A stretch of 64,000 bases of DNA from Deinococcus sp. (GTDB lineage Bacteria; Deinococcota; Deinococci; Deinococcales; Deinococcaceae): positions 1,888,001-1,952,000 of the forward strand of contig OZ253375.1 in assembly GCA_965261005.1 (NCBI GenBank). Reading direction: 5' to 3'. The first letter of the stretch is position 1. Every line of letters begins with the position of its first letter. Under the pieces are notes generated by a model that worked only from the letters and a program-made list of their open reading frames with translations, was not told where the DNA came from and searched no databases. Shown here piece by piece: positions 34,961-46,382 of the stretch. A program made the position numbers and the translations under genes.

Positions 34961-35095
34961 CTATTTTACCTTCCTACCCGGATGCCACATTTCCCAAATT
35001 CTGAGAAGACGAAGCAGAACGTCATGCAGAACTCTGTCTGATAGTTCGACGCCTTTATCTTTCGACATTTTTTTAGAGGAAGCATTGCAAGCAAG
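34961..35095 (-). pseudogene. Orphan toxin C-terminal tip 2
   Basis: Translates to ..KMSKDKGVELSDRVLHDVLLRLLRIWEMWHPGRKVK*, homologous to the toxin C-terminus. Confidence 0.7.
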
Positions 35096-35112
35096 TAAAA
35101 GGCGAGAGCCTT

Positions 35113-35595
35113 TCATGTGCCAGGATTTTCATTGGTATCCTCTTCGACGAATACACTAACAGCGCCTTTATACTCTTGAGGGATTTGTTGATCTTTATCC
35201 AAAAACTCTTTCGGAGTGTAATCGAATGATACGCTAAGGCTTGGATCATCCTTTACTTTAAAAATTGCCATAGTTGAACCGTAATCTGTCCTCCAAGGCA
35301 TAGAAAATTCGTACTCATCTCCAAGCGCCTGATGAACCTTGAGGGCGAAGGTTTTTAGGTCGTCTTTAACTGCTCCGCAAAATCGATATTTATAATCTTT
35401 GAATATTGAAGTTTCCGGACATGGAATGATTTCGATCCCTATTTCTTGCTTTGCACCGCTGGAGATTCCCTCAAAAACCGTATTTAACGTGTACACTTTT
35501 TTCACCCCCTTCTCCTTTATGCTTTGCGATTCGACTTCATATACAAAGGCACCTGCTAAAGCGATACCAAGAATCAACAGTACGCTCTTATTCAT
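35113..35595 (-). CDS. Putative immunity protein (paralog 2)
   Basis: Low GC; N-terminal TM/signal; MPWRTDYG motif shared with two neighbours. Confidence 0.7.
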   Translation of the reverse strand: MNKSVLLILGIALAGAFVYEVESQSIKEKGVKKVYTLNTVFEGISSGAKQEIGIEIIPCPETSIFKDYKYRFCGAVKDDLKTFALKVHQALGDEYEFSMPWRTDYGSTMAIFKVKDDPSLSVSFDYTPKEFLDKDQQIPQEYKGAVSVFVEEDTNENPGT

Positions 35596-35725
35596 ACTTT
35601 TTTCCAGGGTGCCATTGCTGCCAAATTTGTTTCAATCTTCGGTTCAGGCGAATACGCAATTCCTGTGGTATTTCCACACCCTTATCCTTCGCCATTTTGT
35701 AGAAGGAGGCTTTGTAAGCGAAGGA
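35588..35725 (-). pseudogene. Orphan toxin C-terminal tip 1
   Basis: Translates to SFAYKASFYKMAKDKGVEIPQELRIRLNRRLKQIWQQWHPGKKYE*. Confidence 0.8.
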
Positions 35726-35749
35726 GTAAAACAATGTCTATAAAGCTAT

Positions 35750-36232
35750 TTAGATGCCGGGACTGTCAACAGAGTCTTTTTCTATAAAAACACGAACAGC
35801 CCCGATATACTCGTTTGGTATCTGATTTTTCTCGTCCAAAAACTCCTTCGGAACATAGCTAAAAAGCACATTAATTTGCGGGCTTTTTCTAACCCTGAAA
35901 ACTGCGGTGGTGTCACCGTAATCCGTCCTCCAAGGCATGGAAAATTCGTACTCATCTCCGAGCATCTGATGAACTTTGGCGGCGAAACTCTTCAAGTCGT
36001 CTTTAATCGCTCCGCAAAACTGATATTTATAATCTTTAAATATTGACGTTTCTGGACATGGAACGATTTTTACGCCTACTTCTTGCTGGGTGTCCCTAGA
36101 AATTTCATCAAAAACCGTGTCTAAGGTGTACACTCTCCCGGCTCCTTTATCACCCGTGATCTTGGATTCAATCGCGTACACAGTAATACTCGCTAAAGCA
36201 ATACCAGCAGTCAATACCATACCCTTTCTCAT
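35750..36232 (-). CDS. Putative cognate immunity protein (paralog 1)
   Basis: ATGA overlap with the toxin stop; low GC; signal/TM; MPWRTDYG motif. Confidence 0.72.
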   Translation of the reverse strand: MRKGMVLTAGIALASITVYAIESKITGDKGAGRVYTLDTVFDEISRDTQQEVGVKIVPCPETSIFKDYKYQFCGAIKDDLKSFAAKVHQMLGDEYEFSMPWRTDYGDTTAVFRVRKSPQINVLFSYVPKEFLDEKNQIPNEYIGAVRVFIEKDSVDSPGI

Positions 36233-38253
36233 CGCTTTTTCCCCGGATGCCAGCGCTGCCAAATTTGAAGTAGCTGACGGTTTAAACTGTCGCGTGTACG
36301 AGCGGGTATTTCGACGCCCTTATCCTTTGCCATTTTGTAGAAGGAAGCTTTATAGGCGAAGGAGGGGATGGGCAGGGCGTTGGCGAAGGGATGATCGAAG
36401 TCTTCGGTATAATCGGGCAGTCCCATCTGAATCGCCAAGCGCTTGGCGTTCTCGGAAAGCGGCAAGTGCGCCGCCTCGCCGCTGTTCAGCCACGCCCGCA
36501 CCTTGTCCAGGTCCTTGGGGTCTTCGATCTGCTTGACCCGGTTCTCGACCTCTTCGAGCAAGAGGTTGTAGGCGACGTTGGCTTGGAAGGTGCCGGCGTA
36601 GAGGTCCTTGGTCATGTCCAGCAGCGCCGCCCAGTCCCGCGCCGTCTCCATGCTCAGCCGGGGATCGAAGTCGCTGTGCTCTTGCGCCTCATAGTTCATC
36701 TGGACTTGGGTGCCGGGGTGTTCGGTGTATTGCCGGTCCTTGACGCCGTACTGAAGGATCGCCTTCTGTTGCGCCGTCAGGTTGCCGGGGTCCATGCTGC
36801 CCAGCCAGGCCGTCAGCGGATAGGCGACGTGCGTTTTGGTGGCGAAGTCCGCCCAGTGTCCCGGCCGCAGCGCCGTGCTGCTGGTGAAGCCCGCGTCGTT
36901 CTTGCCCTTCTCCAAGCGGTCGAAGTACTGAATGATCCCTGGCAAAAAGCCGTCCCCGCCGTTCGGCACGATGTCCCCCCGCACCCGGTAGTGGGTGGCG
37001 CCGATCACGTTGTTCGTAAAGCTGTCCCCCGCGTGTGTCCTGTTGTTCTTGGCGACGCTTTGAACATCCTTTTGGTTGACGCCCGCCGACTCGAAGGTGA
37101 CGACCCGGCTGACGCTCCCCTCGAAGCGGGAGGCCACGATCTGCGCCAGGGCGCCGCCCAAGCTGTGCCCGGAAACCCACAGCTTGCCCGTGGCGCTCAG
37201 CTGGGCGGCGTGTTGGACCCACTGCGCGATCAGCGCTTGGTTCTGGTCGAATTGCGGTAAGCCGATGCCGGCGGCGATGCCGTCTCCCACCAAGGTGTCC
37301 AGCCCGCTCTCAATGGCGGCTTGTACGTCCGCCCCCTGCGCTGTGTTGGGCGGTCCCGCCTGTTGGGCGAGCTTTTTGAGGACGGCGGCCCCGTCCACGT
37401 CAAAGCCGATGCCCTCGGTGCCGCGCAGGGCGAGGATGACCTGGGGGTACTTGGCGTTCAGCGCTTCATGCTTGCCGTCCGGCCGGAACACCCGGAACTG
37501 CAACCCCCACTTGCCGAGCACCAACGGTTCGGCCGTGTACCCGAAGGCCGTCAGCAGCTTGGCGGGGTGGGCGCCCTGCTTGTCGTCGTGGTCGCTGAAC
37601 TCGGCGTCGTTCATGTAGGCCAGCCGGACGGTGAGCTGTTCGATAAAGGCGTCATAGGTCAGCCGCTCCCCGTCTATGGGCAGCGGCATGTTGATGGCGC
37701 GCATCAGGTGAACGGCCTTCGCGGTGCCGAGCAGGTCGGTGAGCTTGACGAAGAAGGATTCCTGCTTGTTGTCGTGGCGACCGACGTAGAGCCGGGAGAG
37801 GTCTTTCAGCTTTTCTTCGGGGAGGGCGAGCAGGAGTTGTTTCAGCTTGGCCGGGTTGATCGCCGGCTTGCCGAGCACAAGGGACATGCCGTCGAGGGAA
37901 AAGGCCAGCTCGTACAGCTCTTGTGAAAACTGTTCGGGGCCACCAGACAGGTCCCTGTGGGGATCGAAGTGGAGGAACTTGGTTTGGTTCGCCCGCTCTG
38001 CTGGGGTCAGTGGGTAGGCGTCCAGGCTGGCGAGGGCGTCTTGGTAGCGCGCCTTATAGGCCGTGACCGTCTCCGGTTGGTTCTCCTCGGCGTGCGTCAG
38101 CCTGTCGCGCGCCCGCTTGAGCCGGCTTTTGGCTTCTGCCCGGTCGGAGGCGGCTGTTCTCGGCTGGGGCGGGGCTGCAAAGGCGAGCGGGCGCTCCTGT
38201 TGGGGCCGCTGCTGACCTTGCTGCTGGCGCCGGGACAGGTCGTAGTCGTACAT
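36229..38253 (-). CDS. Lipase class 3-like alpha/beta hydrolase, putative polymorphic toxin
   Basis: LALRGTE, VSGHSLGGALAQ nucleophile elbow, GDIVP; followed by an immunity-like array. Confidence 0.75.
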   Translation of the reverse strand: MYDYDLSRRQQQGQQRPQQERPLAFAAPPQPRTAASDRAEAKSRLKRARDRLTHAEENQPETVTAYKARYQDALASLDAYPLTPAERANQTKFLHFDPHRDLSGGPEQFSQELYELAFSLDGMSLVLGKPAINPAKLKQLLLALPEEKLKDLSRLYVGRHDNKQESFFVKLTDLLGTAKAVHLMRAINMPLPIDGERLTYDAFIEQLTVRLAYMNDAEFSDHDDKQGAHPAKLLTAFGYTAEPLVLGKWGLQFRVFRPDGKHEALNAKYPQVILALRGTEGIGFDVDGAAVLKKLAQQAGPPNTAQGADVQAAIESGLDTLVGDGIAAGIGLPQFDQNQALIAQWVQHAAQLSATGKLWVSGHSLGGALAQIVASRFEGSVSRVVTFESAGVNQKDVQSVAKNNRTHAGDSFTNNVIGATHYRVRGDIVPNGGDGFLPGIIQYFDRLEKGKNDAGFTSSTALRPGHWADFATKTHVAYPLTAWLGSMDPGNLTAQQKAILQYGVKDRQYTEHPGTQVQMNYEAQEHSDFDPRLSMETARDWAALLDMTKDLYAGTFQANVAYNLLLEEVENRVKQIEDPKDLDKVRAWLNSGEAAHLPLSENAKRLAIQMGLPDYTEDFDHPFANALPIPSFAYKASFYKMAKDKGVEIPARTRDSLNRQLLQIWQRWHPGKKR

Positions 38254-38439
38254 GCTTGGCCTGAGCTTACCTCACGGGGCTGCGGCGTCCTCGTTATGTT
38301 CTTGGCAGCGTGGAATAGGCCGGTGATAAACACCTCAAAGTTGATACCACACGTCCAGCGTGGCGGCGCGATAGGCAAGCGCTTCTTCGAGCGGTTGCCT
38401 ATCGCGCCGCCCTAACCAGTACTTCATACTGGGGGGCAC

Positions 38440-41400
38440 ATGACCCTTCAAGCGTTGGAGGCTTACGGCCGTGAGGCAAACGGTATCTATCGCTCAGGCT
38501 CAGGCGTCGCGGAAACGTCCTACTACCCGCCGCTGTCCAACCTGCTGAACGCCGTCGGCGCCACCCTCAAGCCCAAGGTGCGCGCGATCATCAACATCGC
38601 CAACCGGGGTGCCGGCATTCCAGACGGCGGCCTGTTCACCCCCGACCAGTTCCAGCGCGGCGAGGGCGAGCCGCAACGCGGCACGCTTCCCTCGCGCGGC
38701 GCCATCGAGGTCAAGGGGACGGGCAAAGAGGTGCGCGCCATCGTTGCCTCTCAGCAGGTCAAGGATTACCTGGGGTTGTACGGCTCCGTTCTGGTCACGA
38801 ACCTGCGCGCCTTTGCCTTGGTGGTGCGGGGCAACGACGGCGGGCCGCGCGTGCTGGAGGAGTACCAGTTGGCCGACTCGGAGGCGGCCTTTTGGCAGGC
38901 CGTCCAGAACCCCCGCGCCCTTGCCGAGCGTCACGCCGAGCCGTTCGGGGAGTACCTGCGCCGGGTGATGCTCCACAAGGCCGAACTCAGCAGCCCGCAA
39001 GAGGTGGCCTGGTTCCTGGCCTCCTACGCCCGTGACGCCCGCTTCCGCCTCACCCACAGCCGCCTGGACGCGCTGGAAAAGGTGCGCGCCGCGCTGAGCG
39101 AAGCCCTGGACCTCAAATTTGAGGGGGACAAGGGCGAGGCGTTCTTCCGCTCCACGCTGGTGCAGACCCTCTTTTACGGGCTGTTTTCGGCCTGGGTGCT
39201 GCATCATCAGGACGGGCGAACGGAGCGCTTCGAGTGGAAGAGCGCCGCTTGGGAGTTGCACTTGCCGCTGATGCAACGCCTCTTTTCCGAACTCGCCAAC
39301 CCGAGCGCCCAGCGCGGCCTCACGCTCTCCGAGGTGCTGGACTGGGCGACGGACACGCTGAACCGCGTGCGAACGGACGAGTTCTTCAAGAAGTTCGAGG
39401 CCGAGCGCGCCGTTCAGTATTTTTACGAGCCGTTTCTGGAAGCCTACGACCCGGACTTGCGGCGCGAGTTCGGCGTGTGGTACACCCCGCCCGAAATCGT
39501 GGAATACATGGTGGAACGGGTGGACCGCGTACTGCGCGAAGAACTGGCCTTGCCGCTGGGATTGGCCGATCCGGGCGTGGTGGTGCTGGACCCCTGTACC
39601 GGCACCGGCTCCTACCTGGCCGAAGTGGTGCGCCGCATTCACCGCACCATGCGCGAGGCCGGCACGCTGGACGCCCTGAGCGGGGACGACTTGAAGCAAG
39701 CCGTGACCTCGCGCCTGTTTGGCTTCGAGCTGATGCCCGCCCCCTACGTGGTCGCCCACCTGCAACTGGGCCTGTTGCTGTCGCGCCTGGGCAGCCCCTT
39801 GGCCGCAAACGAGCGCGCGGGCGTGTACCTGACCAATTCGCTGACCGACTGGGAACCGCACCCCGGCGAGGGTCAGCAGCGGTTGGGTTTTGCCGAACTG
39901 CAAGACGAACACGACGCGGCCGTGAGCATCAAGCGCGACGAACGCATTCTGGTGATCCTGGGCAACCCGCCCTACAACGCCTTCGCGGGCGTGGCCGCCA
40001 AGGAAGAACAGGGGTTTGTGGACGCCTACAAAGCGGGGCTGAACACGACCTGGGGCATCAAGAAGTTCAACCTCGACGATTTGTACGTGCGCTTCTTCCG
40101 CCTGGCCGAGCGGCGCATCACCAAAACCGGGCGCGGCGTGGTGGCGTACATCAGCAACGCCTCGTATCTGAGCGACCCGTCTTTTGTGACCATGCGGCAA
40201 CGGTTCTTGGGCGAATTTGACGCCCTGTGGTTCGACAACCTGAACGGCGACAGCCGCGAAACCGGCAAGCTCACCCCGCAAGGGTTGCCCGACCCCAGCG
40301 TGTTCTCGACGGAATGGAACAAGGCCGGCATTCGCGTGGGCACGGCCGTGGGGCTGATGGTGCGCCGGGCCGGGCGCGCCGAGGTGCCAACCGTCCACTA
40401 CCGTGAGTTTTGGGGCGTGGCGAAGCGGGCCGAACTGCTGGGCAGCTTGGAAACGGGAAGCGCGACTGCATACGCCCCCGCCCAACCCGTCCCGGCCAAC
40501 CGCTACAGCTTCCGCCCGGAAGAGGTCGGGAGCGAGTACAGGGAGTGGGCCAAGCTGACCGAACTGTGCGCCGAGCCGCCGATGAATGGCCTGATGGAAA
40601 AGCGCGGTGGGGCGCTGATGGATTATGACCGGGGCGAGCTGGAACGCCGCATGAAGTTGTATTACGACCGGGGCACGTCCTGGGAAACGCTGGCCGCGTT
40701 GAACACGGGCCTGACGGAAGAGGCGGCGCGTTTTGCGCCGAAGCAAGCCCGCGCGAAGGTACAAGCGGCGGAAGCTTTCGACGCGGGCCGTCTGCTTCGT
40801 TATGTGGTGAGGCCGTTTGATACCCGCTGGGCGTACTACAGTGGCGTTCGCCCGCTCTGGAATGAACCTAGGCCGAAGCTTTGGGCGCAGATGTGGCCGG
40901 GGAATTCGTTTCTTATCAGCCGTCCGGCTGGTGCCACAAGTGAAGAAGGTGCGCCATTCTTCTTCACCTCCCGGCTTGGCGACAACGACTTTTTACGCGG
41001 TCATGCTTATTACTTCCCCCTTCAACTCAAAATCCAGCCGCCCGCCGTTTCACTCTTCAATCCCTCGGCGCCCCAAGAAGCCCGCATCGTCGCCAACCTC
41101 TCCGGGCGTGCCCGCGCCTACCTGCAAGAACTGGGCGCCCCCGATCCCGACGAGAGCGCCGAGACGGCCAAGCTGATCTGGCTTCACGCCCTCGCCATCG
41201 GCTTTTCCCCGGCCTACCTGGGCGAACATGCGGACGGCATCAAGGGGGACTGGCCGCGCGTGCCGCTGCCCGCTTCGCTGGACACGCTGCGAGCTTCCGC
41301 CGCCCTGGGCGAGCGCGTCGCGGCCCTGCTCGACGGCGAGGCGCCTTCTCTACCGCCGGAAGTGGCGGGTGTGGCCGTGATCTCGCGGGTGGGCGGCGGT

Positions 41401-41826
41401 CAGCTCGCCCCCTCGGACTTGAGCGTGACGGCCGGTTGGGGCCACGGCGGCAAGGGCGGCGTGACCATGCCCGGCAAGGGCAAGACGGAAACGCGGGGCA
41501 GCACGCTCGACCCGCGCCTGGGCGCAACGGTGCTGGACGTGTACCTGAACGGGATGGCCTATTGGAAGGACGTGCCGGCCAAAGTCTGGGGCTATACCAT
41601 CGGCGGCTATCAGGTGCTCAAGAAGTGGCTGAGCTACCGCGAAGCGGCCTTGCTGGGGCGCCCCCTGACCAGTGAAGAGGTGCGCGAGGTGCGCGGCATC
41701 GCCCAGCGGCTCGCGGCGCTGGTGCTGCTTGAAGAGGAGCTGGACGCCAATTACCGCGCCGTGCTGGCGGCGACTTGGGCCTGGGCGCCGGGCGAGGGCG
41801 TTATACAAAATGCCGCCCCGGTGTAG
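38440..41826 (+). CDS. Single-polypeptide restriction-modification enzyme (type IIG / type ISP-like N6-adenine methylase, no helicase)
   Basis: N-terminal PD..IEVK nuclease motif; GVWYTP, LDPCTGTG, GNPPY methylase motifs; C-terminal W.YTIGGYQVLKKWLSYR. Confidence 0.88.
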   Translation: MTLQALEAYGREANGIYRSGSGVAETSYYPPLSNLLNAVGATLKPKVRAIINIANRGAGIPDGGLFTPDQFQRGEGEPQRGTLPSRGAIEVKGTGKEVRAIVASQQVKDYLGLYGSVLVTNLRAFALVVRGNDGGPRVLEEYQLADSEAAFWQAVQNPRALAERHAEPFGEYLRRVMLHKAELSSPQEVAWFLASYARDARFRLTHSRLDALEKVRAALSEALDLKFEGDKGEAFFRSTLVQTLFYGLFSAWVLHHQDGRTERFEWKSAAWELHLPLMQRLFSELANPSAQRGLTLSEVLDWATDTLNRVRTDEFFKKFEAERAVQYFYEPFLEAYDPDLRREFGVWYTPPEIVEYMVERVDRVLREELALPLGLADPGVVVLDPCTGTGSYLAEVVRRIHRTMREAGTLDALSGDDLKQAVTSRLFGFELMPAPYVVAHLQLGLLLSRLGSPLAANERAGVYLTNSLTDWEPHPGEGQQRLGFAELQDEHDAAVSIKRDERILVILGNPPYNAFAGVAAKEEQGFVDAYKAGLNTTWGIKKFNLDDLYVRFFRLAERRITKTGRGVVAYISNASYLSDPSFVTMRQRFLGEFDALWFDNLNGDSRETGKLTPQGLPDPSVFSTEWNKAGIRVGTAVGLMVRRAGRAEVPTVHYREFWGVAKRAELLGSLETGSATAYAPAQPVPANRYSFRPEEVGSEYREWAKLTELCAEPPMNGLMEKRGGALMDYDRGELERRMKLYYDRGTSWETLAALNTGLTEEAARFAPKQARAKVQAAEAFDAGRLLRYVVRPFDTRWAYYSGVRPLWNEPRPKLWAQMWPGNSFLISRPAGATSEEGAPFFFTSRLGDNDFLRGHAYYFPLQLKIQPPAVSLFNPSAPQEARIVANLSGRARAYLQELGAPDPDESAETAKLIWLHALAIGFSPAYLGEHADGIKGDWPRVPLPASLDTLRASAALGERVAALLDGEAPSLPPEVAGVAVISRVGGGQLAPSDLSVTAGWGHGGKGGVTMPGKGKTETRGSTLDPRLGATVLDVYLNGMAYWKDVPAKVWGYTIGGYQVLKKWLSYREAALLGRPLTSEEVREVRGIAQRLAALVLLEEELDANYRAVLAATWAWAPGEGVIQNAAPV

Positions 41827-42151
41827 GGGCGGCAGAGAGAAAGGGGCCTTGCGGCCCCCGTCTCTCAGTCGGCCGCCTGCTTCAGCTCTTCGGCCGGCTG
41901 GTACTCGGGCAAGGCGAAGAGGCCGTACTCGCCCAAGTCCAGCTCTTTGTGAAGGGTCAAACCCAGCGTGCCGAAGAGAAAGCCGGAGAGGTCGTAAGCC
42001 ATCGCTTCGCGGACCTTCAAAGTCCAGCAGAGGGCGCGGCCACGGGTGACGGTGACGACTTCTACGGGGCTGCCCGTGCCTTCGCAAAGGGCGCGAGCGC
42101 GCGGCGGCGGGTGAGGCGTGGCAAGATCAGGGCTTTGTCTTCGCCTCTGAG

Positions 42152-42430
42152 TTGGGCGGCCAGACGGACCCTCGCACCCTGTACGGTTGGTTTAGGGCCA
42201 TTGTGGATAAGGCCGGCGTGCCCACCATCCGCTTTCACGATCTCAGGCACACCGCCGCCTCGCTCATGGTCCGGCAAGGCATCAGCGCCAAGACGGTAAG
42301 CGACCGGCTGGGCCATAAGGACGTGGCCTTTACCCTGCGCGTCTACGCCCATCTCTACGATGACCAAAGAGAAGAGGCGGCCTTTGACCTGAGCGACCTC
42401 TACCCCCTCGCGGCGGGCGGGCCAAACTAG
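42152..42430 (+). pseudogene. C-terminal fragment of a phage-type tyrosine integrase
   Basis: IRFHDLRHTAAS...RLGH.....TLRVYAH; N-terminal part missing; adjacent to tRNA 3' end. Confidence 0.85.
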
Positions 42431-42444
42431 CCCTTTTCGGGCCG

Positions 42445-42480
42445 GTTGTGACGCGGTTGTGACAATCGGGCCGTTGTGAC
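42445..42480. repeat. Three GTTGTGAC direct repeats (putative integrase arm-type sites)
   Basis: Copies at 42445, 42456 and 42473 between the integrase and the tRNA. Confidence 0.55.
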
Positions 42481-42504
42481 AGAAAACCAAGAGGCGCTGA
42501 ATGC

Positions 42505-42531
42505 AAAAAACCCCGCCTCACACGGGGTTTT
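42505..42531 (-). terminator. Terminator downstream of tRNA-Lys
   Basis: AAAAAACCCCG...CGGGGTTTT hairpin. Confidence 0.7.
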
Positions 42532-42534
42532 CTC

Positions 42535-42610
<76 letters not shown>

Positions 42611-42623
42611 GTTGGCAGAGGGT

Positions 42624-43894
<1,271 letters not shown>

Positions 43895-44111
43895 GCTGCC
43901 CGCTCTCCAAGGGAGCGTTCAGCGTACCGAGACGCCCGCTGCACAGCAGCGAGCGGCGCAGTACGCTGAACGTGACCAACCTCGTGCTGCCTGTGGGCGG
44001 CCTTGGAGACGCCTCGCGTACTTCCTCAGAGGTTGGTCCCCTCTTGACAAGAGACACCGTTGCTCCGCTAGAAAAATTTCCGACGAGGTCCAGAAATTTT
44101 CGGAATTCGTA

Positions 44112-46382
44112 TCACTTCACCCGCGCCGGAATGGTCAGGCTGCCCGACTGGCCGGGCAACAGCTGGCCGCAGACGGTCACGGCGTCCACGCTGTAGAGCG
44201 GGCGTCCGGTGGTCGCGTCGGTGGTGGGCGTGACGCTGCTGGTAGCGCCGCTGGGGCACTTGAGGGTGGCGTTGCCGTTCGCGAGCAGGTTGGGGGCGAA
44301 CAGGTCGCGTACGAGGCTCTTGGTGGCGTTGGTGTCGCCGGCGTTCGTGAAGGTCAGCACGAATTCCAGCACGTCCTGCGGCTTGCCCTGAATGGTACCG
44401 CTCGACGCCGCGCCGCTCTGGGTCACGTTGCGCACCGTCTTGGCGAGGCTGAGGCTGCTCAGGGCGGCGCGCGTCGTCAGGTCCACGCTGGAGACGTTGT
44501 TGCTGCTGGCCGTGCCGTCGTTGGGGTCGGTGGCGTCCTGGGCGCGTGTCACGGTCGCCGTGTTGGTGATGACCGTGCCGTTCGCAACACCGGTGCTCAC
44601 GGTCGCCACGACGTTCACCACGACCTCGGCGCCTCCGGTCAGGGTGACGGCCGTGTTGACGGCGCCGCTGCCGCCCGTACTGGCGCAGCCGCTCGCGCAG
44701 GTCCAGGTCATGGCGCTGACGCCCGCCGGCAGGGGGTCGGTCAGGGTCGCCGTGAGGGGGCCGGGCGTGCCGGCGCTCAGGTTCTGGGCGCGCAGTTGGT
44801 AGTACACCTTGCGCCCGCTCGCCGCGCCGGTGCTGCTGGTCGTCTTGACCACCCGGATGTCGGCCTGGCGCACCACCACCGCGTTGCCGCTGATAGCCGG
44901 GCTGGAAGGGTAGTAGGCCCAGGTGTCAATGATGTTGTCGTTGCCGAAGCCGGCAGCTGAGCCGTCGCCCCAGCTGTGCGCTGGAGACGCGCTGCTGGAC
45001 ACGACGCCCTTGGGCGTGAACAGCGGGTTGGACGGCGTGTTGCCGAGCAACGGGGGGCTGGTGTTGTCGTTCCAGTACACCCGGCCGGCGTCGCTGTCCA
45101 CGTCCGTGGTGGCAGCCTGGTTTTGGCGGCTGATCCACAAACCCTTAGAATTTTCCACGTCCAGCAGCGGAAAGTGAATCTCGCCGCCGAACAGCTTGAC
45201 GCTGGCGGTGTAGCTGGCCCCCGACACGGGCACCGGGTTGCCCGCCCCGTCGAGGCCGTCCCAAGAGGCGGTGTTGCCTCCCGGCGCGGCGGTGCCGTAC
45301 AGCACGCGGTCGGTTGCGCCGGCCGTCTGGGACAGCGGAATGGTCAGGCGGTAGGCAAAGGGGGTTGTGCCGGGGTTGGTGAAGCTGAAGCTGCCGCCCG
45401 ACAGGTAGCCGTTCGTGGACCCGGCGTAGCCGGCGGTGCCGTCGCGCCCGGTGAAGCTCAGGTTGGTGGGTATGGGCGGCAAGGTAGGCGTGGTCGGACG
45501 CAGCCACTCGCCGCTTGGCGAGGTGGCGGGCAGGGCCGCGCTGGGCGGGTTGAGAAACAGCTTGGCGGTGTACTCGGTTGTGGTGTCGGCGGCGCCCGGA
45601 CTCAGAAAGTTGGTGTTGGTCACGGGCGCGCTTTGATAGCTGGGGGTGTTGGCCGCCGTGCCGTCGCGCAGGCCACGGTTGTTGGCGAAGAAGATGTAAC
45701 CGAACGGGTCAATCAACTGCTTCACCTGATATTGGTAGCCGTCGCGGGTCTGGGCCGTGACGTTCAGGTTGATGGTGATGCCGTTGCCACCCGCGTTGAG
45801 CGCGAAGTACGTGGCGTACACCCGCCCCTTTTGCTCGGCGTTGGCCGAGGACAGCACGCTGACGTCCCACGCGGCGATGGTGGCGTCCGTGGCGGTGGGC
45901 GTGGGCCACGCGGCGCTGGCGAGGGTCGCCGTCGGGTTTTTGTTGCTGGTGGCTGCGGGCGCCAGGAACTCGATACGGTAAAGGGCGGTGCTGGTCGGGG
46001 CGTAGGTGCAGGCGGTGTAGCCGCCCGTGTACGCCAAGCTCGGCCCCAAGTCTTCCTGGGCGCGGGTGGAGATCAGGCCGCAGGTGGTGCCGGTGAAGCT
46101 CGCCAGCGCCGCCGTGCCGGTGAGGGTATAGACGTTGATGGCCGCCGTTCCGAGGCCTATGCCGCTCTGTCCCAGCGCCAGCTTCTCGCCGTTTTGAACG
46201 TAGGCGTAGAGGGTCGTCTTGCGCACGACCCCGGCGGTGACCGCGTTGTTGTTGTAGCCCGTCTCCAAAAAGGCGCGGTAATCGGTTGTTCCCTTGCCCA
46301 GCAAGTCGCGGGTGCCCTCGGCGTGGGCGAGGGAGGGCAGCAGGGCCAGGCCCAGCGCGCACAGCGACAACAAGCGTTTCAT
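44112..46382 (-). CDS. Secreted DUF11-domain protein, putative tip adhesin
   Basis: Signal peptide MKRLLSL; large beta-rich N-region; one complete and one C-terminally incomplete DUF11 domain. Confidence 0.75.
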   Translation of the reverse strand: MKRLLSLCALGLALLPSLAHAEGTRDLLGKGTTDYRAFLETGYNNNAVTAGVVRKTTLYAYVQNGEKLALGQSGIGLGTAAINVYTLTGTAALASFTGTTCGLISTRAQEDLGPSLAYTGGYTACTYAPTSTALYRIEFLAPAATSNKNPTATLASAAWPTPTATDATIAAWDVSVLSSANAEQKGRVYATYFALNAGGNGITINLNVTAQTRDGYQYQVKQLIDPFGYIFFANNRGLRDGTAANTPSYQSAPVTNTNFLSPGAADTTTEYTAKLFLNPPSAALPATSPSGEWLRPTTPTLPPIPTNLSFTGRDGTAGYAGSTNGYLSGGSFSFTNPGTTPFAYRLTIPLSQTAGATDRVLYGTAAPGGNTASWDGLDGAGNPVPVSGASYTASVKLFGGEIHFPLLDVENSKGLWISRQNQAATTDVDSDAGRVYWNDNTSPPLLGNTPSNPLFTPKGVVSSSASPAHSWGDGSAAGFGNDNIIDTWAYYPSSPAISGNAVVVRQADIRVVKTTSSTGAASGRKVYYQLRAQNLSAGTPGPLTATLTDPLPAGVSAMTWTCASGCASTGGSGAVNTAVTLTGGAEVVVNVVATVSTGVANGTVITNTATVTRAQDATDPNDGTASSNNVSSVDLTTRAALSSLSLAKTVRNVTQSGAASSGTIQGKPQDVLEFVLTFTNAGDTNATKSLVRDLFAPNLLANGNATLKCPSGATSSVTPTTDATTGRPLYSVDAVTVCGQLLPGQSGSLTIPARVK

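Noticed and set aside
41865..42100. Possible small minus-strand gene ending ..ELKQAAD*
   Set aside because: No clear start or recognisable family; probably island debris, so not called.
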